A DNA stretch of 64,000 nucleotides from Rhodothermales bacterium (GTDB lineage Bacteria; Bacteroidota; Rhodothermia; Rhodothermales; Bin80). Every line of letters starts with the position of its first letter. Within the stretch, counting starts at the first letter, position 1. Shown piece by piece: positions 10,334-18,772 of the stretch. Position numbers and translations under genes: made by a program. The stretch covers positions 2,795,978 to 2,859,977 of the forward strand of contig OX638318.1 of NCBI GenBank assembly GCA_951812585.1, given 5' to 3'. Below the pieces are notes generated by a model. That model saw only the letters and a list, made by a program, of their open reading frames with translations. It was not told where the DNA came from and did not search any database.

Positions 10334-11066
10334 TCATGTACCGCCATGCCATGTCATGATGCTACAGTACGATTTCGTAGACATCCTTTGCATGGATGTT
10401 GAGGGTACGTAGATACCGAACCTCCCTCGTATCGCTCTTTTCCCCACCACATCCCCCTTCGAGGCCTGCTGCGCAGCACCCGAATGTGCGATACCATTCG
10501 TACTTGGTTGAGCGGCACCACCGCCCACACTTCTGCCTCGTTCTGGTTGGTTTAAGATTGGTTCTATTGGTTCTACGCGCAGATTTTCAGGGGTTTTCTG
10601 CGCATTGGCTTTTGATTGTCAGCCGGATAACAGTACTCCCACGGATCAGCGTCAACGTCCACCTCATACAGATTCGACCGCGGCCGGTGGTCTATGACCG
10701 TGACTATTCCCAGCGCCTCCAGCCGCCACAGGATGCCCTGCACCGCCCGCCTCCCTAGGCGGCAATGTTCCACCAGCGTGGCTACGGTCGGCCAGCACTG
10801 GCCGTAGTTCGTAATCGCGGATCGTACCGTACGGACAGGGCCAAGTACATGACTACCCGCTGCATATTGCGCCACTCTTTCCCCTGTAGATCAGGGTGCG
10901 TTAACACCGCATCTGTCCACGCGCGCCGGGCACGGTGGCAGTCTACTTCAGGAGTGGACGGCTTTGTACGGTCGCCGGAATTGGTACGGGACGCACTTGC
11001 ACCTTTGCGCGCGGAATGGGTATCTTTGGTACGCATAAACGACGCTCCAGCAAGCCTACGAGGCAA
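10334..11066 (-). pseudogene. Frameshifted HTH-domain Rep-like gene, copy 1 (diverged variant)
   Basis: Overlapping frames 10782-11066 and 10573-10875 give RRAWTDAVLTHPDLQG...CWPTVATLVEHCRLGRRAVQGILWRLEALGIVTV, resembling the HTH_36-type N-terminus of phage/plasmid replication proteins. Confidence 0.55.
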
Positions 11067-11171
11067 CCACGTACGAGGACGCCAAAGAAGCAGCTGAACC
11101 CTGGTCGTATGGCCTCCATTTGTCGTTGGCTCACAAGGTCAATTTTCGTTCATCAGCATAAATGAAGCACA

Positions 11172-11669
11172 ATGCGTAAGTGGCAATTACTTTTTCTGAT
11201 CCTGGCCGTGGGGTGCGAAGGGCCTGTGGGGCCGCAAGGAGAGCAGGGACTACAAGGCGAACCGGGCCCACGCGGCCCCAGTGTCATAACCAAGACGGTC
11301 ACCTTTGCGAGTGCATCGTCCACTATCTACGACGTTGACTATGTTCGTGGTTCGTGGCGCGATTCGGACATCACACCAACCGTAATAGACGAGGGCACAA
11401 TCCTAGCCTTTGCCCGCACGCCCTTTAGTCAGGATTGGTATGCGCTGCCCATAAGGTCGGATGGGGACCACGTCTACTACTATTACACGATCGGATTTGT
11501 ATCCGTCGTCTCCAGAACGTTTGACGGGTATACCTACCCTGATCCCTATTTTGTTGACGATTACACCTTCAAGTACGTCATCATACTACCGGAGGAGACG
11601 CACCGGATGGATGATATCGATGTGACCAGCCATGAAGCCATAATGAACGCCTTGGGAGGTGCAATATGA
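11172..11669 (+). CDS. Collagen-like lipoprotein, copy 1
   Basis: Lipobox LAVGC followed by seven Gly-X-Y triplets (GPV GPQ GEQ GLQ GEP GPR GPS) and an aromatic-rich globular domain; 165 aa. Confidence 0.8.
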   Translation: MRKWQLLFLILAVGCEGPVGPQGEQGLQGEPGPRGPSVITKTVTFASASSTIYDVDYVRGSWRDSDITPTVIDEGTILAFARTPFSQDWYALPIRSDGDHVYYYYTIGFVSVVSRTFDGYTYPDPYFVDDYTFKYVIILPEETHRMDDIDVTSHEAIMNALGGAI

Positions 11670-11679
11670 ACACTTCATC

Positions 11680-11790
11680 ATGAGATTGCTTGCTGCATGT
11701 TTGTTTACAGTGTTACTGGCAAGTTGTGACACTGGCAGCAGGATTATGGTTCTGCAGACACCTTCAGAAATGCCCACAGGGCTGATTTAA
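11680..11790 (+). pseudogene. Short or truncated second lipoprotein, copy 1
   Basis: Hand translation MRLLAACLFTVLLASCDTGSRIMVLQTPSEMPTGLI* has lipobox LLASC and stops after 36 aa; repeated at 15459-15569. Confidence 0.45.
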
Positions 11791-12641
11791 GGCCCCCTCT
11801 CGCGCCGCTCCGCAGAAAAGTCATATCATCCACACTGCCCGCACGGAAGAGGAGGCGTGCATGGCCGCCCATAGTGGCGTTGGTTCCTTCTGCTATGGCT
11901 ACGTATGCGACCAATCTCCCACCGGCTTCGCGGCAGTCTGGCAACGGGGAAGGACAGACGTCGGCGTCCCGCATACGGCGCGACTTAAGCCGGCCCAAGC
12001 TTGAGCGCCGCTTTGAGCTGTCCCTCGAGGATCACCGGGGGCGGCGCCGGATCGCATCCGAAGCGTTTGGCGCTGGCCTGGGATCGCGGGCGTGGTGATG
12101 ATATGGGGCTGTAGGCAGGTCGAGAATCGTCGTAAGTCGGGTAAATACCCGATCGAGTGCCATTTACGGCGATTCTGACGTAAGAGCTGAAACGACGCCA
12201 TACGGCCCGTATGAGCCGCGTAGAGTTGTTCTGACGCGGGTTAAGTGAGGGACAGGGTTTTTAAAGAGGAACCGCGCCGTAAGCATGTCAGGGCAGCGCC
12301 TGGATAACGGCGCTCACGGCCGCCCGCTCAATAGGGATCCGGTACGCATCGTAGAGGCACCGCCAATCCCGATCCTCCCGAAAGCGCTCAGTGGCGCCCT
12401 GGTGCGCCACTGCCTGCTGTTCTCCGGAGAGGAGCACCAGACGCTCCTTATTGCGCGCACGCAGTGTTTCCGCCTTTGCCTCTTCCGCTTCCAACACCGC
12501 GGCATCCGCCGCTTTTCTTCTTTCTCCTGCTGGGCCTTCATCTGGGCTTCCGCTGCCGGTTCAGATTTTATAGTAGGACCGTCCCGGCTGGGCGAGCTAC
12601 TTTGGCTCGTTACCGCCACTCACCCAAACCGGAACGGTCTC

Positions 12642-13792
12642 ATGCAAAAACACACTCAACCCTCCACTTTCGCTTCGCCGTTGTTTGTCGGCATGGACAT
12701 GCACAAGAAGACGATTGCATTCTGTGTTTACGACGATGAGACGGGCGAGCTCATTGACGAGCGGCAATTGCCAAACGATTGGGCGAAGATCCGCAAGTAT
12801 ATTGACAACGTGCAGAAGCAGCATGGTGAACCCCAGTGTTGTTATGAGGCGTCGTCCTGCGGGTTCGTGTTGTATCGTGCGCTGCGGGCGCTGGGCGTGC
12901 ATTGTGATGTGATTGCTCCCTCGTCCATTCCGCGCCGTCCCGGCGATCGGGTCAAGACGGATCACCGGGATGCTAGAAAGCTGGCCACGCTGTATGCCGC
13001 CGGCCTGTTGACGCCGGTTACCGTGCCGGACGAGGAACGGGAAGCGATGCGGTCGCTGGTGCGTTGCCGGGCCGACTTGGTGGACGTGCTGACGCGGACC
13101 AAGCAGCGGGCCTTGTTTTTCGTACAGGCCCGCGGATACCGTTACTGCGGCGGCCGTCACTGGAGCTGCGCCTTCCGAAAGTGGATCACCACGCTGCCGT
13201 TGTCCGCGGTGGATCAGATCACGCTGCAAGCGTATCTGCACAAGATCACGTACCTGGAGCAGGAAGTACGTAGGCTAGAGGATCTTTTGGCGCAAGCGGC
13301 CCAAAAGGATCGCTACCGGGACACGGTCAACGTGCTGTCGGCCTTCCGGGGTATTGGACTCATGACTGCACTGACGCTGCTGTGCGAGCTCGGGGATATT
13401 CGGCGCTTTGCCCATCCGCGCCAGTTGATGGCATATTTGGGCTTGGTGCCCAGCGAGCATACTTCAGGGGATCGGGTTATGCGCGGCTCCATCACCAAGA
13501 CAGGCAACACGCATGCCCGCAAGGCCTTGGTGTCAACGGCGTGGAAGTATGCGACCGCTCCCCGATGCAGCGCGGCCTTGCGAGCGCGGCACAGGGCGTC
13601 TCCGCTGAAGTCATACGGATTGCCTGGAAAGCCCCGTGCCGGCTGCACAAGCGCTTCAGAAAGCTGATCCATTCCAAATCGCAGTGTGTGGCGAACGTAG
13701 CGGTGGCGCGTGAGTTGGCAGGCTTTCTATGGGAGGCAATGCAAGCACACGCCGGCACAGCGGTAGCGCAGGCCGCCTGGTTCGTACCTTAA
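12642..13792 (+). pseudogene. IS110-family DEDD transposase/recombinase with a single frameshift near 13591
   Basis: Motifs VGMDMHK, CYEASSCG, KTDHRDA and GLVPSEHTSG. The C-terminus (QGVSAEVIRIAWKA...VAVARELAGFLW) continues in another frame. Confidence 0.88.
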
Positions 13793-13824
13793 CCTTGCAA
13801 TGACTTATGGAGAAACGATCTGGC

Positions 13825-13985
13825 ACGGATGGAGAACCCACGAGCATGTCTTGCGATAGCCTGGCGTACTGCCGGCGAGCTCGCATTTTCAGATAGTGGC
13901 AGCTCCCGACGAATCCGAAATCATGCGTTACGGCCGACCTCGGCCCAGCACGCGAATGCCAGAGTGATTCACCGTCGAAGACGCC
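13825..13985 (+). ncRNA. Putative bridge RNA/seekRNA of the IS1111-type element
   Basis: Two stem-internal loop-stem modules. Loop 1 strands GAGCATGTCT (13842-13851) and TTCAG (13888-13892) match the target; loop 2 strands AAATC (13918-13922) and ATGCCAG (13956-13962) match the IS circle junction. RNA ends are approximate. Confidence 0.75.
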
Positions 13986-14059
13986 CGGTCGCTTCTTCAT
14001 AGGTCAAGACACAAATGCTTCATGTAATCTTAACTTGACATAGGGTCCTACTATGCCAG

Positions 14060-14845
14060 GTATGCTCCGGAGCCGCTCCACCAGTACCCCCTTGATTTTG
14101 CCTTCTTCATCTCCCCATGTGGTCATGCACCGCCATGCCATGTCACGGTGCACCCGTGCGATTGCGTAAACATCCTTTGCATGGATGTTGAGGGTACGGA
14201 GATACGAACCGCTCTCGTCTCTGTCGTGCCGTAGTACGCCGGCATGCTTGCGGCGTGCTGCGCAGCGCCCGAATGTGCGATACCATTCGTACTTGGTTGA
14301 GCGGCACCACCGCCCACACTTCTGCCTCGTTCTGGTTGGTTTAATCGTTGTTCTATCCTATGCGGCGTTTTCCCGGGGATTTTGCCGCGTAGAACTTTTG
14401 ACTCCCGGATGGCTCGCAGTACGTCCACGGGTCAGCACCAACAGGCAACGTGTACACATTCGATAGCGGCCGCCGGTCTGTGACCGTGAGGATTCCCAGT
14501 GATTCCAGCCGCCGCAGAATCCTCTGCATCGTCCGCCGATCGAATTTACAATGCTCCGCCAGTGCTGGGACAGTCGTGGCTGTAGTGGGATAAGCGCGGA
14601 TCGTAGCACATGGACATCGCAAGCTGAACAGCGACGCGGTGCATTCCGAGCTTGCGCGCACCCTGCAACTCAGGGTGAGCTAATGCCGCGTCTATCCAGG
14701 CGCGCCGGGCGCGGTGGCAGTCTACTTCAGGAGTGGACGGCTTTGTACGGTCGCCGGAATTGGTACGGGGCACACTTGCACCTTTGCGCGCGGAATGGGT
14801 ATCTTTGGTACGCATAAACGACGCTCCAGCAAGCCTACGAGGCAA
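14060..14845 (-). pseudogene. Frameshifted HTH-domain Rep-like gene, copy 2 (5' part; continues past the IS towards 12314)
   Basis: Frames give RRAWIDAALAHPELQG and TVPALAEHCKFDRRTMQRILRRLESLGILTV. The IS interrupts the ERLRSIP|E(P/Q)AAEAQMKA segment that is intact at 16682-17026. Confidence 0.55.
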
Positions 14846-14950
14846 CCATGTACGAGGACGCCAAAGAAGCAGCTGAACCCTGGTCGTATGGCCTCCATTT
14901 GTCGTTGGCTCACAAGGTCAATTTTCGTTCATCAGCATAAATGAAGCACA

Positions 14951-15448
14951 ATGCGTAAGTGGCAATTACTTTTTCTGATCCTGGCCGTGGGGTGCGAAGG
15001 GCCTGTGGGGCCGCAAGGAGAGCAGGGACTACAAGGCGAACCGGGCCCACGCGGCCCCGGTGTCATAACCAAGACGGTCACCTTTGCGAGTGCATCGTCC
15101 ACTATCTACGACGTTGACTATGTTCGTGGTTCGTGGCGCGATTCGGACATCACACCAACCGTAATAGACGAGGGCGCAATTCTAGTCTTTGTCCGCTTTC
15201 CTACTGGTCAGGATTGGTATGCGCTGCCCAGAACGTGGGATGGGCACCACGCCTACTACTATTACACGATCGGATTTGTATCCGTCGTCTTCAGAACGTT
15301 TGACGGGTATACCTACTCTGATCCCTATTTTGTTGACGATTACACCTTCAAGTACGTCATCATACCACCGGAGGAGACGCACCGGATGGATGATATCGAT
15401 GTGACCAGCCATGAAGCCATAATGAACGCCTTGGGAGGTGCAATATGA
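14951..15448 (+). CDS. Collagen-like lipoprotein, copy 2 (variant allele)
   Basis: Same 165-aa architecture as 11172-11669, with 15 amino-acid differences. Confidence 0.8.
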   Translation: MRKWQLLFLILAVGCEGPVGPQGEQGLQGEPGPRGPGVITKTVTFASASSTIYDVDYVRGSWRDSDITPTVIDEGAILVFVRFPTGQDWYALPRTWDGHHAYYYYTIGFVSVVFRTFDGYTYSDPYFVDDYTFKYVIIPPEETHRMDDIDVTSHEAIMNALGGAI

Positions 15449-16174
15449 ACACTTCATCATGAGATTGCTTGCTGCATGTTTGTTTACAGTGTTACTGGCA
15501 AGTTGTGACACTGGCAGCAGGATTATGGTTCTGCAGACACCTTCAGAAATGCCCACAGGGCTGATTTAAGGCCCCCTCTCGCGCCGCTCCGCAGAAAAGT
15601 CATATCATCCACACTGCCCGCACGGAAGAGGAGGCGTGCATGGCCGCCCATAGTGGCGTTGGTTCCTTCTGCTATGGCTACGTATGCGACCAATCTCCCA
15701 CCGGCTTCGCGGCAGTCTGGCAACGGGGAAGGACAGACGTCGGCGTCCCGCATACGGCGCGACTTAAGCCGGCCCAAGCTTGAGCGCCGCTTTGAGCTGT
15801 CCCTCGAGGATCACCGGGGGCGGCGCCGGATCGCATCCGAAGCGTTTGGCGCTGGCCTGGGATCGCGGGCGTGGTGATGATATGGGGCTGTAGACAGGTC
15901 GAGAATCGTCGTAAGTCGGGTAAATACCCGATCGAGTGCCATTTACGGCGATTCTGACGTAAGAGCTGAAACGACGCCATACGGCCCGTATGAGTCGCGT
16001 AGAATTGTTCTGACGCGGGTTAAGTGAGGGACAGGGTTTTTAAAGAGGAACCGCGCCGTAAGCATGTCAGGGCAGCGCCTGGATAACGGCGATCACGGCC
16101 GCGGCGGCCGCAATGAGGCCAAGACCTATACCGATGGTCCACTGGATGAGCTTGGCAGAGGCTTGGGCCACGAC

Positions 16175-16336
16175 CTAGAAAAAGACGATGTATGCCCCGC
16201 CAGCTGCCAGGATGGCGACGCCGATACCGATGAACCAAAACAGCAAGTTGAATTTGGCGTTTTGTGCCTCCAACTTGCTCTCGAAGCGATGGATAAGGTT
16301 GGTTGAGGCCATTTCTTCAACCAGTTTCGTGAGCAT
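16175..16336 (-). CDS. Small coiled-coil plus C-terminal TM protein, probably the 3' part of a frameshifted gene
   Basis: Hand translation MLTKLVEEMASTNLIHRFESKLEAQNAKFNLLFWFIGIGVAILAAGGAYIVFF*; below the ORF-track cutoff; deleted in copy 1. Confidence 0.5.
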   Translation of the reverse strand: MLTKLVEEMASTNLIHRFESKLEAQNAKFNLLFWFIGIGVAILAAGGAYIVFF

Positions 16337-16436
16337 CTCGGCCCTGAAGGCCGGCGCGGGTCAGAATGTCGTACAGCTGTGCCCGAGCGTCCGGCCGACG
16401 GGCAGGCGTTCCGGTTCGTTACCAGCCATAGCGGCT

Positions 16437-17326
16437 TTACGATGCGCACACCTGTACCGGTTCCACCTCAGGCCGGACAATGCCCGCCCATTTCGCGCCG
16501 GCGCTTCCGCCTGCTCCACATCGCCCCAATGGGTCCGTACAGGTCCATTGCCACCGGTGGATCGCCGTCCTGTGGGGGACGGGAAGCTCGTCCTTGTCCA
16601 GCGCGTCAAGCGCCTGCGTCAGGCACTTCTCCAGCCTCTTGGGTAAAAGCGCCCTCGGCAGCGCATCCCAATCTGCGGCGCTCACGGCCGCCCGCTCAAT
16701 AGGGATCCGGTACGTATCGTAGAGGCACTGCCAATCCCGATCCTCCCGAAAGCACTCAGTGGCGCCCTGGCGCGCCACTGTCTGCTGTTCTCCGGAGAGG
16801 AGCACCAGACGCTCTTTATTGCGCGCATGCAGCGCCTCCACCTTTGCCTCTTCCGCTTCCAACACCGCGGCATCCGCCGCTTTTCTTCTTTCTTCTGCCG
16901 GGCCTTCATCTGGGCTTCCGCTGCCTGTTCAGGTATGCTCCGGAGTCGCTCCACCAGTACCCCCTTGATTTTGCCTTCTTCATCTCCCCATGTGGTCATG
17001 CACCGCCATGCCATGTCACGGTGCACCCGTGCGATTGCGTAAACATCCTTTGCATGGATGTTGAGGGTACGGAGATACGAACCGCTCTCGTCTCTGTCGT
17101 GCCGTAGTACGCCGGCATGCTTGCGGCGTGCTGCGCAGCGCCCGAATGTGCGATACCATTCGTACTTGGTTGAGCGGCACCACCGCCCACACTTCTGCCT
17201 CGTTCTGGTTGGTTTAATCGTTGTTCTATCCTATGCGGCGTTTTCCCGGGGATTTTGCCGCGTAGAACTTTTGACTCCCGGATGGCTCGCAGTACGTCCA
17301 TGGGTCAACACCAACAGGCAACGTGT
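16437..17326 (-). pseudogene. 3' part of the Rep-like gene, running across the unit junction (several frames)
   Basis: Overlapping ORFs 16996-17301, 16682-17026 and 16437-16865 with coiled-coil-like EAEEAKVEALHARNKERL; homologous to 12288-12564. Confidence 0.45.
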
Positions 17327-17570
17327 TAAACTCGCTTTACAAGTCTTCGCGCTTTGACTTTTGCGGGCCAAGGGCTCCGCCCCTTGGAATCCCTCGCCGG
17401 CGGAAGCGCGGCGAGGGCGGGATTACTGCGACGGAATGAAACTCAACGCCACCAGTAGTGCAAACGCGAGGGAGCGCTCATGATGCGCATCGGCTTGGAT
17501 CTGAAAAGCCCAACGTAGTTGCGCGCCTCTAGTGGATGCGTGGATCGTGCTTTCAAAGACGAAACGTGTC

Positions 17571-18247
17571 CTAACGACTACCGTCGGGCATGCGGATGTT
17601 CTTCATGGCATCGCGAAGTTCCTCGAGTTTGTCCTTTGCGATATAGCGAACTCTTGCACGGTGACTTCCTGTCCTTCGTTAGGCGCTCGACTATAGGCGC
17701 GCCTTCCAAAGTCGATTCGGATAGCAGAGTACGTTGCCTTGTAAGGCCCCTTCCTACCCTCAATATGCACTTACTACCAGGATCAAGCCTGGCAGCCCGC
17801 CATACAGTGCTGGCCCTACTGGTACGGAATCTCTGGTGTGTACCAAGCCTCTAAAGCCAAAGTATCCTCAGATGCTGTGGCCTTTATTATCCGGTGTCCG
17901 AGAAACGTGCGCTCTTCTTCGGACAGCTTCCATTCAGGTACTTATAATTTGCCCGACACCAAAAACAGCCGATTCAAAAGCGTACGCTCCAACAGGTAAG
18001 TCCCCGCATCAAAGTCAAGCACGTGTCGCATGTAGCCCGACTGAACGGCGGCCAGCTTTTCGTATAGCGCTTCCATGCCCTCTACGTCCTTAAGTGCATC
18101 GGGAACCGCATGATCTATGGCTCCATGGTATTCATAGTATACGGTGCCATACTGCGCAGTGGCAGCAGCAAGAAGAAATGCGTGTGCAAGGACATACAGT
18201 CCTAAGCCTAGGATGTGATGCAGATTGCGCGAACGAACCACGCGCAT
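17571..18247 (-). pseudogene. GLPGLI-family protein (Bacteroidota) pseudogene
   Basis: Hand translation across frameshifts gives a signal peptide plus AQYGTVYYEY, then WKLSEEERTFLGHRIIKATA...EAWYTPEIP and VPVGPALYGGLPGLILVV. Confidence 0.75.
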
Positions 18248-18334
18248 GTCAGTTTTGGAGCTCAGGTGGCAGAAAACTGTACCTTCCGCACCTGCAGTAG
18301 GTAGGTACAGTTCGAACATCCAATGGGCGGAGAG

Positions 18335-18772
18335 TTACACCGTTTTTGCCTTTGCCAGGCAATACTCTTGGTATCTGTGGTAAGCAGACCAAGCCACAAC
18401 CCCAAACATGAGAATCGACCACGGTGGACTCCAAAAGATAACAGCGAGTCCGACCAAAAACGTACCTGAAATCCCTGCCATCCATAGGGCGGTTTGTGGG
18501 TGCCTACTGCGAACAATCTTGCGCTGCAGCTTTGCCTTTGCCAGGCGATACTCTTGGTATCTGTGGTAAACAGACCAAGCTACAACCCCAAACATGAGAA
18601 TCGACCACGGTGGACTCCAAAAGATAACAGCGAGCCCAACCAAAAACGTACCTGAAATCCCTACCACCCATAGGGCGGTTTGTGGGTGCCTACTGCGAAC
18701 AAACTTGCGCTTCAACGCGTAGGCCACAGCAAACCCTGCCACTAACAGGACCACAAAGAGTATAGAATCCAT
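18335..18772 (-). CDS. Small membrane protein with an internal 62-aa (186-bp) tandem duplication
   Basis: VRSRHPQTALW...WSPPWSILMFGVVAWSxYHRYQEYxLAKAK occurs twice. Confidence 0.65.
   Translation of the reverse strand: MDSILFVVLLVAGFAVAYALKRKFVRSRHPQTALWVVGISGTFLVGLAVIFWSPPWSILMFGVVAWSVYHRYQEYRLAKAKLQRKIVRSRHPQTALWMAGISGTFLVGLAVIFWSPPWSILMFGVVAWSAYHRYQEYCLAKAKTV

Larger units (their letters stand above)
12565..14059 (+). mobile_element. IS110-family insertion sequence, IS1111 subgroup (1495 bp)
   Basis: Ends are defined by the empty sibling site at 16921-16945 (gttCAGgtatgctcc). CAG core at 12562-12564 and 14057-14059. Subterminal inverted repeats ATAGTAGGACC (12570-12580) and GGTCCTACTAT (14044-14054). 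The non-coding region lies downstream of the transposase. Confidence 0.92.
10215..17326. mobile_element. Head-to-tail array (about 2.5 copies) of a 2873-bp plasmid/phage-like unit, one copy interrupted by an IS110-family element
   Basis: Identical ORFs at 14123-14428 and 16996-17301 (offset 2873). Near-identical ORFs at 11172 and 14951 (offset 3779 = 2873 + 1495 IS - 589 deletion). Homology to the unit ends at 17326; the left edge is approximate. Confidence 0.8.

Noticed and set aside
12285-12641. N-terminal extension of the 460-aa transposase ORF
   Set aside because: It reads through flanking repeat-unit DNA outside the IS left end (12565); the real start is the ATG at 12642.
11395-15370. 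Diversity-generating retroelement (TR/VR pair) explaining the lipoprotein variation
   Set aside because: Neither copy behaves as a template: differences include C/T, G/C and T/G pairs, not only A-to-N. No reverse transcriptase or Avd is in the window. Only a trans-acting DGR remains possible.
10215-17326. Complete prophage or inovirus
   Set aside because: No Zot/pI ATPase, capsid, terminase, HUH Rep or integrase motifs are recognisable in the unit.
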